A stretch of DNA of 64,000 bases, from NCBI RefSeq assembly GCF_028464065.1, contig NZ_CP116808.1, positions 1,007,886-1,071,885 on the forward strand, given 5' to 3'. Origin of the DNA: Saprospira sp. CCB-QB6 (GTDB lineage: Bacteria > Bacteroidota > Bacteroidia > Chitinophagales > Saprospiraceae). A model generated the notes under the pieces. That model was given only the letters and a program-made list of their open reading frames with translations, ran no database searches and was not told the DNA's origin. Positions 9,490 through 18,793 of the stretch are shown piece by piece (the stretch's first letter is position 1; each line of letters opens with the position of its first letter). The position numbers and the translations under genes are program-made.

Positions 9490-9593
9490 TAGTTGTCTAA
9501 GGCCCTATCTTTTTTTTCTGGACCGACCCTACTAGGGTTTAGCTAGAGTTATTTAGGGGGCAAATAAAGGAGTTTGTTGCAACTCCAAAAAGT

Positions 9594-9626
9594 GGCCGAT
9601 CTATCCACAAATGGATAGATCGGCCT
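9594..9626 (-). terminator. terminator hairpin downstream of queE
   Basis: Perfect 13-bp palindrome GGCCGATCTATCC ACAAAT GGATAGATCGGCC followed on the minus strand by ACTTTTTGG. Confidence 0.5.
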
Positions 9627-9666
9627 TGTATTGGGCGGAAAACGTTTGTAGGGAGGGCATTGCATT

Positions 9667-10434
9667 TTAGACCCCAGTGAGTTGGTCCCAAATTTCGACA
9701 TGTAGGCGGCTACACATTCTAATTTGTTCTCGGATACAGATTTCGGCCACCATTTTATTGCGTTGGAGCAGGGCTTCTAGGCTATCGGCAGCGGGCATAA
9801 GGACCAATTGTTCTTTTTTGATGAGGCCGGGCGTTAAGAAATCCCGTTGAATTTCTTCAAAATCGCTAGCTTGGGCAATCACAAACTTAAAGATGGTTCC
9901 TTTTTCTTGGGCCAAGACTTGGAGGGCTTGGGGAACAAGGCGTTTTTGCTTGGGCATGCCAGAGTTTTGGAGTTTTGGGGAACAATTCCAGTAGCTGACC
10001 CTTTCTAATAAGGAAGAAGAGGGGACAAAACAGCCATTGGTTTCTACCTCAATGATAGGGCGGAGGCCCTGTCGTTCTTGTTCTAAGAAGCTTAGAAAGG
10101 CGGCAATGCGTTTATCTTGTAGGAGAGGTTCTCCCCCAGTAATAACTAAGTGCACGCCTTGGGCCAATCGTTGGCTAAAGGCTAATTCTTGGTCTAGGCG
10201 TTGGAGTAATTGAGGGAAGGGAAGGCTTTCGCCCTTCATCCAGACCTCCATAGTGTCGCAGATCCAGCTGGCGCCATCATGCAGTTGTCCGTCTTTTTCG
10301 GCACCTTTCCCGCCGCAGATCAGGTTGCAGCCAGAGAGGCGGAGGAAGATAGCGGGCACGCCCATAGTTTGGCCTTCTCCTTGAAGGCTGTAAAAGTATT
10401 CGCTAACAGCGAGTAGAGTAGGCATTTTTGGCAT
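9667..10434 (-). CDS. queE: 7-carboxy-7-deazaguanine synthase (radical SAM, queuosine pathway)
   Basis: The N-terminal signature E.F.S.QGEG..G.P..F.R.SGCNL is present. The unusual Cx14CxxC cluster CNLICGGKGAEKDGQLHDGASWICDT is known from the QueE subfamily. Confidence 0.75.
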   Translation of the reverse strand: MPKMPTLLAVSEYFYSLQGEGQTMGVPAIFLRLSGCNLICGGKGAEKDGQLHDGASWICDTMEVWMKGESLPFPQLLQRLDQELAFSQRLAQGVHLVITGGEPLLQDKRIAAFLSFLEQERQGLRPIIEVETNGCFVPSSSLLERVSYWNCSPKLQNSGMPKQKRLVPQALQVLAQEKGTIFKFVIAQASDFEEIQRDFLTPGLIKKEQLVLMPAADSLEALLQRNKMVAEICIREQIRMCSRLHVEIWDQLTGV

Positions 10435-10477
10435 GATGCGACAAAGTTTTAGCTAAGAAAAGGAAGGGCGGAGCTGG

Positions 10478-10612
10478 GGCAATTGGCCTAGCGATGTGCA
10501 GCAGTGCCGCGAAGCGGCAGACCGAGGCCGTTAGGCCGAAGGGCCGAGCAGGCTTGCGAGCTGCGAAACGTAGCGCCGCAAGGCGCAGGCCGCAGCGGAG
10601 GCCCCAAAAAAA
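10478..10612 (-). repeat. GC-rich intergenic repeat element R4
   Basis: Carries ggcctagcgatgtgcagcag...ggccgagcaggcttgcgagctgcgaaacgtagcgcc...ggaggccccaaaaaaa. It is the reverse complement of the family consensus. Confidence 0.75.
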
Positions 10613-10764
10613 CAAAAAAAATAATCGAAGCCGATAAAATGATTACAAATTAGTAATTTTGGGACGAGATAACAACCAAAAAGGAAGGCGGTGCATCCTA
10701 TTCGTACAGAAGGAGTTTAGCGCAACTTTAGTTTAGATTCACTTGGATAATAAAATGTAATAGC

Positions 10765-12201
10765 ATGAAAAAATCACCCTTATGGATAGCGAGTATTTTG
10801 CTTTTATTGCTTTTTCAGGCCTCTGGGGTTTGGGCGCAATCGGCCAAAAAGACCAGCTATAAAAATAATGAAGAAGTTCGGACCGTGCAAGGTTGCGAAT
10901 ATCAGGTCTTGAAGGGCTTGGCAGAAATTACGGCAGTAGAAAAGACCCGTTCTAAATCGGAAAGTGCTTTGGGTTATGATGAATATAGCGTAAAGTTCAA
11001 GTTCATTCCGATGGAAAAAGGGCAGCAATTGATGGCTGACTTTGGGGAAAACAGCTTTGACTTTTTCTTGCGTAGTGGGTATGATCGTTTGCCTGTTGGG
11101 CCCAAGTATCTTAAGCATTATTATGTGCATAAGGGGCAAAAGTTTGCGATGGAATTTTTGCAGACGGGCGACAAAACTTGTCGGGAGCAGTACACCTATA
11201 AATCATTGGGGATTCCCAACGATTTATTTGAGGCTCAGGATAGTATCAAGGCCTACAAGATTCAGGTAGCGGCAGAAAAGCTCTACAAAAAAGAGAAAGA
11301 GGTGAATGAGGCCAAGGGAATTGCGATGGCCGAAGAGGCGGCTACGCAAACGAGCGGTAACCGTCCGCCAGAAGTTGCGCCTGTAGAGGAGCCCAAAGAA
11401 GAGGATCCCAAGGAAGAGGAAGATCCCACTGAGGAAGATCCCAAGGAGGAGGAAGAGCCTGAGGTAGACTTGAATTTGCCTTCTGATGAAGAATTGCGTA
11501 AAAAAGTAGAGGCTGAAATGCGGGCTAAGGAAGGGATTAAAAAGAGTCCGGATGAGATTGATGTAGACTCTTTGCGTGCGGCAATTGAGAAAGAAGAGCG
11601 CGCCAAGGCTAAGGCTGAGGCGGCCAAGCAGGCGGAATTGGATCAGAAAAACGCCATTAAGCGCGAGAAGCAGGCGGCCAAAGAGCGCAAGAAACTAGAA
11701 GAGCAGCGTCGCAAGGAAATCAAGGCCAAAGAAGAAGCCCTTCGGGATGAGATGGCGGCTAAATTGGCGGAGGAAAAAGAGGCGATTGAGGCGCGTAAGG
11801 AAGCTATTCGCGAGCAGGTCACCAATGAAATCCGCAGAGAGAGCTGTGTATATGAGGAAAAAGTATCGGGAACCATCAAGGTGGTTTCCGTGGAGGAAGG
11901 TCCCACGGAAGTGGAGAGTTTGTTTGGCTATAAGGAGTATGTAGTTACCCTTAGATTTAAGCCCGACAACTATTCTGATTTATCTAAGAAAGAGCGTAAG
12001 CTTTGGGATAAGACCTTTACCTTCAAATTGGACCCTAAGGGCAAGAGTGCGAATCCTGGGGCGACTTATGTGCGGATTCACAAGCTCTTCAAGGGCAATA
12101 AGTACAATGGGTTTGCGCAGCGTTTATCTTCTGGAATCTGTAATGACATCATGGTTTATTCTCCTGATTTGCCCATTGATGCGAGTCAGGTGCGCAAATA
12201 A
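10765..12201 (+). CDS. secreted hypothetical protein with internal duplication and K/E-rich coiled-coil linker
   Basis: Signal peptide present. The N-terminal module (CEYQV...GYDEYSVKFKF) and C-terminal module (CVYEE...GYKEYVVTLRF) are related. The central roughly 200 aa are EEDPKEEE / KAKAEAAK low complexity. Confidence 0.55.
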   Translation: MKKSPLWIASILLLLLFQASGVWAQSAKKTSYKNNEEVRTVQGCEYQVLKGLAEITAVEKTRSKSESALGYDEYSVKFKFIPMEKGQQLMADFGENSFDFFLRSGYDRLPVGPKYLKHYYVHKGQKFAMEFLQTGDKTCREQYTYKSLGIPNDLFEAQDSIKAYKIQVAAEKLYKKEKEVNEAKGIAMAEEAATQTSGNRPPEVAPVEEPKEEDPKEEEDPTEEDPKEEEEPEVDLNLPSDEELRKKVEAEMRAKEGIKKSPDEIDVDSLRAAIEKEERAKAKAEAAKQAELDQKNAIKREKQAAKERKKLEEQRRKEIKAKEEALRDEMAAKLAEEKEAIEARKEAIREQVTNEIRRESCVYEEKVSGTIKVVSVEEGPTEVESLFGYKEYVVTLRFKPDNYSDLSKKERKLWDKTFTFKLDPKGKSANPGATYVRIHKLFKGNKYNGFAQRLSSGICNDIMVYSPDLPIDASQVRK

Positions 12202-12227
12202 TAGGAGCTACATTTAGCTTAAAAGCA

Positions 12228-12262
12228 AAGGGGGATGTCGGTATCGACATCCCCCTTTTTTT
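12228..12262. terminator. strong bidirectional terminator
   Basis: Hairpin GGGGGATGTCG GTAT CGACATCCCCC flanked by an A-run and T8, between convergent genes. Confidence 0.7.
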
Positions 12263-12268
12263 TGTTGC

Positions 12269-13192
12269 TTATAGTTTGCGTTCGAGGAGATCTTCCAAGG
12301 CGGCTTGGAGGTCTCTATATCGGTGTTGGAAGCCTTCTTCTTCTAGGCGTTTGGGCAGGGCGCGAGCGGAGTAGAGGACCACATTAGCCATTTCGCCCAT
12401 AGCCAGGCGGAGGGCAAATTCTGGGGCGGGAAGAATCAGTGATTTTTTATTAGTGGCTTTAGCTAAAATACGGGCCATTGTTTTATTTTGTACTGGATCT
12501 GGTCCAACCCCATTATAGACGCCCATTTTTCCTTTTTCTAGGAGAAACAAAAACATTCGACAAAGGTCTTCTATATGAACCCAAGGGTAATATTGCTCGC
12601 CAGAACCAAAATAGGCCCCTAGATGAAATTGGTAAGAAGGCAGCATTTTGGCAAGAGCACCACCTTGAGTAGAGAGGACAATACCAATGCGGAGATGAGT
12701 AATTCTTGCACTAAGCCCATGAAAAGCCTTAGCGGCCTCTTCCCAAGCAATACAACTTTGGATTAAAAAATCATTTTTGCGTTCTTCATGAATAGCCGAC
12801 GATTCGTCTAGAACTTCATTTCCACGATCTCCATAAATCCCCACCGCAGAAGCTGAAATAAAAGCTTTGAGTTCTTGTCCTGCTTCTCTAAAAGCTTGGG
12901 CCAATACGTCTAGGCTTTGGCTACGGCTCTTTACGATCAATCGCTTTCGCTTATCGGTCCATCTAGCATCAGCAATACCAGCTCCAGCTAAGTGGATGAG
13001 ATAATCAATGGGTTGATTAAAGAGCTGAGGATCTACCCAGCCTCTTTTGAGGTCCCATTCAAAAGCCGTCCAATCCTTAATTTTGCTAGGGTTTCGGCTA
13101 AGTAAGATGGGGTCAAAACCTTGGCGATGTAGGAGCTTACAAAGTTCTTGGCCAATTAGACCACTACCTCCTGTTATTAAAATTCTACTCAT
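12269..13192 (-). CDS. TIGR01777/YfcH family NAD-dependent epimerase-like (SDR) protein
   Basis: Rossmann motif ILITGGSGLIGQ at the N-terminus. Length and C-terminal pattern fit the DUF1731-containing epimerase family. Confidence 0.7.
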   Translation of the reverse strand: MSRILITGGSGLIGQELCKLLHRQGFDPILLSRNPSKIKDWTAFEWDLKRGWVDPQLFNQPIDYLIHLAGAGIADARWTDKRKRLIVKSRSQSLDVLAQAFREAGQELKAFISASAVGIYGDRGNEVLDESSAIHEERKNDFLIQSCIAWEEAAKAFHGLSARITHLRIGIVLSTQGGALAKMLPSYQFHLGAYFGSGEQYYPWVHIEDLCRMFLFLLEKGKMGVYNGVGPDPVQNKTMARILAKATNKKSLILPAPEFALRLAMGEMANVVLYSARALPKRLEEEGFQHRYRDLQAALEDLLERKL

Positions 13193-13262
13193 TATTTTTA
13201 TATCTTTAAGCGCTCTTCAGGTAAACAATTTTGATCAAACTACACTACTATAACCACCAATT

Positions 13263-15053
13263 ATGAATATCAGAAAAAAAACAATCTTGGGACTACTTGG
13301 CCTAAGTTTATGTTTTGGCAGTTGCCAACCTTCTACTCCTAAAGAAGGCGAGCCGGTTCAAGAAGTTGAGCCTACCCAAGCCAGTAAAAAGATGAAGGAC
13401 CCTTCGGTCACTGTTTGGGAACTAGACGATCCCGATGGATTAAATCCGATTACTTCTCAGGGGGCAGCGGCTACTTATATTCAGAACAACATATTTTCTC
13501 GCTTGTTGGAGTTTCATCCAGAAGATCTCAAGTTAGTCCCTCAATTAGCCTTAACAATGCCTGATGTACGAGAGCTAGAAGAAGGTCCGTATGCAGGAGG
13601 GATGTCTCTGCAGTTTACCATTCGCCCTGAAGCCAAATGGGATAACGGACAAGCAGTTACAGCCTATGATTATCTATTTACCGTTAAGGCAATTAAAAAC
13701 CCCTTAGTAGAATCTGGCAACAGACGTCCTTACTATGAATTTATAGACTCTATTTATATCTCTCCTGAAAATGAGCAAGAGTTTACTATTTTTTCTAAAC
13801 AACGCTACTTTATTGCAGAAGAATCGGCTGGAGATATGCTCATTATGCCCGAGTATATCTACAACCCCGAAGGCCTAATGAAAAAACTGAGCCTTGCTGA
13901 ACTCAATAAAATGGACGCTGATGCGGCGGAAAAAGATGCAGAGCTCAAACGATTTGCAGAACTCTTTAATAGCCCCAAGTATAATAATGAAACAGTGGTT
14001 GGCTCTGGCCCCTATCGCTTTGTAGAATGGAGCAACGGCCAACATATTATCCTAGAACGCAAAAAAGATTGGTGGGGAAATCAAACCAAAAACCCCATGC
14101 TAGTCGCTTATCCCGACAAAATTATTCACAAAGTGGTCAATGACCCTAGTACAGCTATTACCGTCGCTCGCAATGAGGAAATTGACGTTTTGCACAATAT
14201 CAAACCCGTAAAATTTAAAGCACTAAAGGAAGATAAGGAGTTTCAAGAGCTTTTTGAGCTCTCCTCTCCCCACGTTTTTGGCTACTATTATATCGCAATG
14301 AATTTGCGCAACCCCAAATTACAAGATAAAAAACTGCGCCAAGCACTCTCACATATCATCAACCGCCAAGAGATTATTGATGTTCTATTTGAAGGTTTAG
14401 CAACGGAAACCGTTGGACCAATTAACCCCCAAAAAGACCACTACAATGATCAACTAAAACCCTTTAGCTATGACCTCGACCGAGCTAAAGAATTATTAAC
14501 AGAAGCCGGCTGGACCGATTCTAATAATGATGGCTTCCTAGATAAACGCATTAACGGCAAATTAGAAAAATTGAGCTTGGAGTTCCTATATAATCAAGGC
14601 AACGAAATTCGTAAAAATATTGGCCTCTTACTCCAAGGCGAAGCCCGTACCCTCGGAATCGAAATTAAAATTAAAAGCGCCAAATCCTCTGTTGCTAAAA
14701 TGAAAGCAAAAAATGGAGAATTTGAACTCATCTGCTCTGCTTGGGCTCAAGGCCCCCAACTCGATGAACTCAAACAAGGATGGCACTCTAGCTCCTACGA
14801 AACCAACGGAAGTAATTATATAGGCTTCCGCAATGAAGAATGCGACCGCATTATTGATAGTATCCGCGTAACGCTAGAACCCCAAAAACGTAAAGCACTC
14901 TATTTTCGCGCCCAAGCTATTATCCACGAAGAACAACCTTATCTCTTTCTCTGTGTGCCAAGTAGCTGCTTTGCTATCCACAAGCGCTTTTCAAATATCG
15001 AAACTTCCCCCTTGCGCCCAGGCTATCGGGTGACCGACTTCCAACTGAAATAA
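13263..15053 (+). CDS. ABC transporter substrate-binding lipoprotein (family 5, peptide/oligopeptide type)
   Basis: Signal peptide with a lipobox Cys. A 596-aa SBP_bac_5-like architecture. Confidence 0.7.
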   Translation: MNIRKKTILGLLGLSLCFGSCQPSTPKEGEPVQEVEPTQASKKMKDPSVTVWELDDPDGLNPITSQGAAATYIQNNIFSRLLEFHPEDLKLVPQLALTMPDVRELEEGPYAGGMSLQFTIRPEAKWDNGQAVTAYDYLFTVKAIKNPLVESGNRRPYYEFIDSIYISPENEQEFTIFSKQRYFIAEESAGDMLIMPEYIYNPEGLMKKLSLAELNKMDADAAEKDAELKRFAELFNSPKYNNETVVGSGPYRFVEWSNGQHIILERKKDWWGNQTKNPMLVAYPDKIIHKVVNDPSTAITVARNEEIDVLHNIKPVKFKALKEDKEFQELFELSSPHVFGYYYIAMNLRNPKLQDKKLRQALSHIINRQEIIDVLFEGLATETVGPINPQKDHYNDQLKPFSYDLDRAKELLTEAGWTDSNNDGFLDKRINGKLEKLSLEFLYNQGNEIRKNIGLLLQGEARTLGIEIKIKSAKSSVAKMKAKNGEFELICSAWAQGPQLDELKQGWHSSSYETNGSNYIGFRNEECDRIIDSIRVTLEPQKRKALYFRAQAIIHEEQPYLFLCVPSSCFAIHKRFSNIETSPLRPGYRVTDFQLK

Positions 15054-15069
15054 CAATTTTACACCATAC

Positions 15070-15104
15070 CAAAGCCTCTGCTTCCTAAGTAAGAGGCTTT
15101 TTTG
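15070..15104 (+). terminator. rho-independent terminator
   Basis: Hairpin AAGCCTCT...AGAGGCTT followed by T6. Confidence 0.6.
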
Positions 15105-15106
15105 TT

Positions 15107-15325
15107 TTTGGGGCCTGCGGTGGGCGGTTACTCCCTTCGGTCGTCGAACTGCGAACTAAAGTTCTTGTTGTCGTTGCGCAGCTCGCTGCTGTTTTGGGGC
15201 CTCCGCCTCGCTGCGCTCGTCGGCGCTACGTTGCGCAGCTCGCTACTCGCTCGGCCCTGCGGCCTGACGGCCTTGGTCTGCGGCTGCGCCGCACTGCTGC
15301 ACATCGCTAGGCCAAAGGCTGGCCC
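15107..15325 (+). repeat. GC-rich repeat elements R5a+R5b (two adjacent units)
   Basis: The first unit (15107-15195) contains ggtcgtcgaactgcgaactaaagttcttgttgtcg, which is the reverse complement of the same module at about 21300-21345. The second unit (15196-15325) is near-identical to R22. Confidence 0.75.
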
Positions 15326-15555
15326 CTAAGCAGTAAAGCTTGCTCTATAAACACAAAAAAAGCATCAAACTCCCCCAAGCCTGATGCTTTAGCTCTTATT
15401 ATAGAGCTTAAACCCTAAAAACTATCACTATGAAAACCAAATTTACTTTGGTCACAGTTCAAATTTAAGATAGCTCCTTTGGTTTTCAAAGCGAATAAAA
15501 CCTAATGTTTAGCTATAGGTATTTTACTTAGCACTCTTGTAACAACAATAAATAA

Positions 15556-17214
15556 CTACTCATATAAATTTTCATAGGCTTTAATAGAAAGAGGAAAGGG
15601 TTTAAAATGATAACTAAAGCGTTCTTCTTCTCTATTTTCTCCATAAAAAGGTAAATGATAACTCAATCTACGGCGTTCAATGAAGCCCTGCCCCAAAACG
15701 GGGCCTAATAATTCTATTTGACCATAGGCATAACTCTCTAATAAAGGGAGTATTTGTTGCTCAAAACATTGCTGCAATTCCTCCAGTTGTCGAATACCCA
15801 AAAAGTAGCCATGCCCCAATTCCTGCGCGGCCGAAAAATGCAAGCGTATCCGTTGGTTAAGCGAAGTCAACAATTGATTTAAATCTATTCCTTGGCATTG
15901 GCCCAATAGCTGCGGCTGTGGCCGCAAGGAAATCGCATGAAAACGCCTTCTCAAAGCCCAATCTAAACTGTGCAAACTGCGATCCCCCTCATTCATCGTC
16001 GCTATAATGTAGAGGTTGTTGGGCAAAGCAAAAGTCTCTTTAGAGTAGGGCAATTGAATATGTAAAGGTTCTGTTCCTCCCAAACGGTTTTCTGGACTCA
16101 ACAAAGAGAGTAACTCCCCAAATACTTGCCCCACTGCCGCTCGATTCAATTCATCAATAAAGAGAACAAAACGCTTGAGCGGTTGGGCCAAAGCTGCCTT
16201 TGCTATCCGCTTAAAAAGCCCTTCTTCCAACACATAAGTCAATTGATTAGCCTGCATTTTCGGCTTAATTCCCTCCATAAAGTCCTCATAACTCATACTC
16301 GGATGAAAAGCCAATATAGCCAAATGACCTGCCTCTCGCTGCTCTTCCAAACGATCTTCTATATCTTTGGCCGAAAGCTGCTGTATTTGGGCCAAAGGCA
16401 AGCCCTCACAAATGCTCAAGGCCTCTAAACGCGCTGCCCGAGTTTTGCCACAAGCAGAAGGACCATAATAAAGCTGATTGAGCGGCCGCTCTTTCTCCTG
16501 ATGGTAAATCAATTGGCTTTCTTCCCAATCCTCTGTCTTGTCCGCTCTAATTTGATAATATTGCTTATCCCAGAGTTCTCGGATTGTAGGCAAAAAGAGC
16601 AATTGGGCCAAAAGTAAAGGGTAGTTCTGAGGCGACTGAGCAGAAAGCCCTAATTCTCCAAATAACTGCAGAAGTTCAGTCTGTTTAGCCTCTGAACCAA
16701 TAAAGGTGTCTAAAATATCTGCTAAAGCTTTTTGTCGAAAAATGGGCAAGCGTTGCAGCGGCTGCTCCAAATAGGTAATTAGTAACTGCCCAGAAGCCGA
16801 TAAGGCCTTAGCATTCCCATCTCGCTTATAGAGAAGAAGCTGCTCGGCCCAAAAAGAAAGCTGCATAGGCCAAAGCGATAAGCCTTGCCCACTCCCCTGC
16901 AATTGAAGCTTTTGCGCAAATTGAGGCTGCACCTGAGCCAATAAAAGCCCTAAATGTAAATGTGCTGCCTGCAAATGAGGCGCTAAGTCCTCAAATTCAT
17001 CACTCCAGTCCTTGCTTTTTTTCCATTGCTGAAGCAAAAGCTGCATTTCCTCCTCTTCCAATAAAGGCAAGGCTCTGAAATCGGCCCAATGGGCCAATAA
17101 CTTAGCAAAAATAGGCATTTCTGCCGCAGCTATGGCAGCAAGCTCAGTCTGTAATTGAGGGAGTAAATTGCGGAGTAAGTCCGCATAAGGACTAAAAATG
17201 GGCATCTTCGACAA
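15556..17214 (-). CDS. McrB-like AAA+ (AAA_5) ATPase with unrecognised N-terminal domain
   Basis: Walker A is GPSACGKT. Walker B and sensor-like segments are FIDELNRAAVGQVFGELLSLL and NLYIIATMNEGDRS...LDWALRRRF, which match McrB/AAA_5 signatures. No McrC-like partner is adjacent. Confidence 0.6.
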   Translation of the reverse strand: MSKMPIFSPYADLLRNLLPQLQTELAAIAAAEMPIFAKLLAHWADFRALPLLEEEEMQLLLQQWKKSKDWSDEFEDLAPHLQAAHLHLGLLLAQVQPQFAQKLQLQGSGQGLSLWPMQLSFWAEQLLLYKRDGNAKALSASGQLLITYLEQPLQRLPIFRQKALADILDTFIGSEAKQTELLQLFGELGLSAQSPQNYPLLLAQLLFLPTIRELWDKQYYQIRADKTEDWEESQLIYHQEKERPLNQLYYGPSACGKTRAARLEALSICEGLPLAQIQQLSAKDIEDRLEEQREAGHLAILAFHPSMSYEDFMEGIKPKMQANQLTYVLEEGLFKRIAKAALAQPLKRFVLFIDELNRAAVGQVFGELLSLLSPENRLGGTEPLHIQLPYSKETFALPNNLYIIATMNEGDRSLHSLDWALRRRFHAISLRPQPQLLGQCQGIDLNQLLTSLNQRIRLHFSAAQELGHGYFLGIRQLEELQQCFEQQILPLLESYAYGQIELLGPVLGQGFIERRRLSYHLPFYGENREEERFSYHFKPFPLSIKAYENLYE

Positions 17215-17266
17215 ACTTCTGGTTAAGGCCCCAAAACTAGAAGATTAAAGCCAAAAGTCAACGCTT

Positions 17267-18523
17267 TTAGCCGAGTTTAAAGCCTAGCTGGGCCAAATCG
17301 GTCCAAAAAGCAGGATAAGATTTAGCGACCACCTCTGGCTGCTCAAACTTTAAGGGACCAAGCAAAAGGGCCAAAGGCGCTAAGGCCATCGCCATCCGAT
17401 GATCTTTGTAAGTGCGAATGAGGGGCTTTTTAGGCTGCAGCTTTAGGCCCGACTTAATATTCATCCAATCTGGACCAATTTCTACCTCCGCCCCCAACTT
17501 TTCTAACTCGGCCTTCATAGCCGCCAAACGATCCGTTTCTTTGATGCGCAAACTTTGAAGTCCAAAAATCTGACAGGGAATGTTTAATCCCGCAGCTATG
17601 GCCATTAGGGTTTGGGCCAAATCTGGATAATGTCGACAATCATATTTCAAAGAGGAAGGTAGGGGGTTTTCTATTTTCTTGAGTCGTACTTCTCCCTTAG
17701 CTAAAAATTCTGTACTTACGCCCAATTCTTCTAAAAGCTCAGCAACAATAGCATCTCCTTGTAAAGAGTTTTTTTGCAGTTGGCCCAATCGCAATTCAAA
17801 ACCAAGGGGGGCCAAAGCCACTAAAGCATAATAATAGGCCGCAGCGGACCAGTCGCCTTCTATCACAAATTCTTCTGCTGGAGCTTGGTAGTCTTGGGGC
17901 TCAATCAAAAAGCTTTTGCCCGCCTGTAGGTAGTCAATGCCAAAGCGCTCCATCAGGCCCAAAGTCATTTGTATATAGGGCATAGAAATGATTTCGCCTG
18001 TAAGTTGTAGCCTTAGCCCTTGGGGGAGAGCTGGCGCAATTAGCAAGAGGGCCGAAATATATTGGCTGCTGATACCGCCATCTATACTCAAGCTGGGCAT
18101 TTCACTGCTTTCCGTCCATTGAGCGCGCCCAATTTGTAAGGGCGGATAGCCCTCTTGGCCCAAATAATCAATTTGAGCGCCTAGGCTGCGTAGAGCATCT
18201 ACCAAGGGACCAATTGGGCGCTCAAGCATGCGGGCGGAGCCTGTCAGAACCTGCTTTTTATCGTTCAAGCAAAGATAAGCCGTAAGGAAGCGGAAGCTGG
18301 TCCCCGCATCTCCAGCATCCAAAATTTCTTGATCTTCTTGTTGGAGGAGGCGGAGCAAGGTTTGACTATCCTTAGCCTTAGACAAGCTTTTGTTGGGGGC
18401 CAATTGGTCCATAATCGCCTGAATAATCAAGAGGCGGTTACTAATGCTTTTGGAGCTATTGAGCTGTATATATTGAGCAGCGGCCAAGGTTTTGGGCGCC
18501 TGTAAGAGTCGATCTTTGGGCAT
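17267..18523 (-). CDS. aroA: 3-phosphoshikimate 1-carboxyvinyltransferase (EPSP synthase)
   Basis: Carries the motifs LNSSKSISNRLLII and GDAGTSFRFL. Length is 418 aa. Confidence 0.85.
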   Translation of the reverse strand: MPKDRLLQAPKTLAAAQYIQLNSSKSISNRLLIIQAIMDQLAPNKSLSKAKDSQTLLRLLQQEDQEILDAGDAGTSFRFLTAYLCLNDKKQVLTGSARMLERPIGPLVDALRSLGAQIDYLGQEGYPPLQIGRAQWTESSEMPSLSIDGGISSQYISALLLIAPALPQGLRLQLTGEIISMPYIQMTLGLMERFGIDYLQAGKSFLIEPQDYQAPAEEFVIEGDWSAAAYYYALVALAPLGFELRLGQLQKNSLQGDAIVAELLEELGVSTEFLAKGEVRLKKIENPLPSSLKYDCRHYPDLAQTLMAIAAGLNIPCQIFGLQSLRIKETDRLAAMKAELEKLGAEVEIGPDWMNIKSGLKLQPKKPLIRTYKDHRMAMALAPLALLLGPLKFEQPEVVAKSYPAFWTDLAQLGFKLG

Positions 18524-18559
18524 AATATAATTTTGAGCAAATTGATTTAGGAGGGGCTA

Positions 18560-18702
18560 GGCCCTACGCTTTGGCCTAGCGATCTGCAGCAGTGGCCGTT
18601 AGGCCAGACCCAGGCGCTGCAAGCGCCGCAGGGCCGAGCAGACCTGCGAGCTGCGAAAGGTAGCGCCGACGAGCGTAGCGAGGCGGAGGCCCCAAAAATA
18701 AA
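18560..18702 (-). repeat. GC-rich repeat element R6
   Basis: Family modules ggcctagcgatctgcagcagtggcc...gggccgagcagacctgcgagctgcgaaaggtagcgcc...ggaggccccaaaaa. Confidence 0.75.
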
Positions 18703-18793
18703 GGATCATTAGAACAAGCTAAAAATAGAATAGTTTAGGCAAAAAAAAGCCCCCTTGTGGAGCAAGGAGGCGATAATTCTGCTGTCTAATGGA

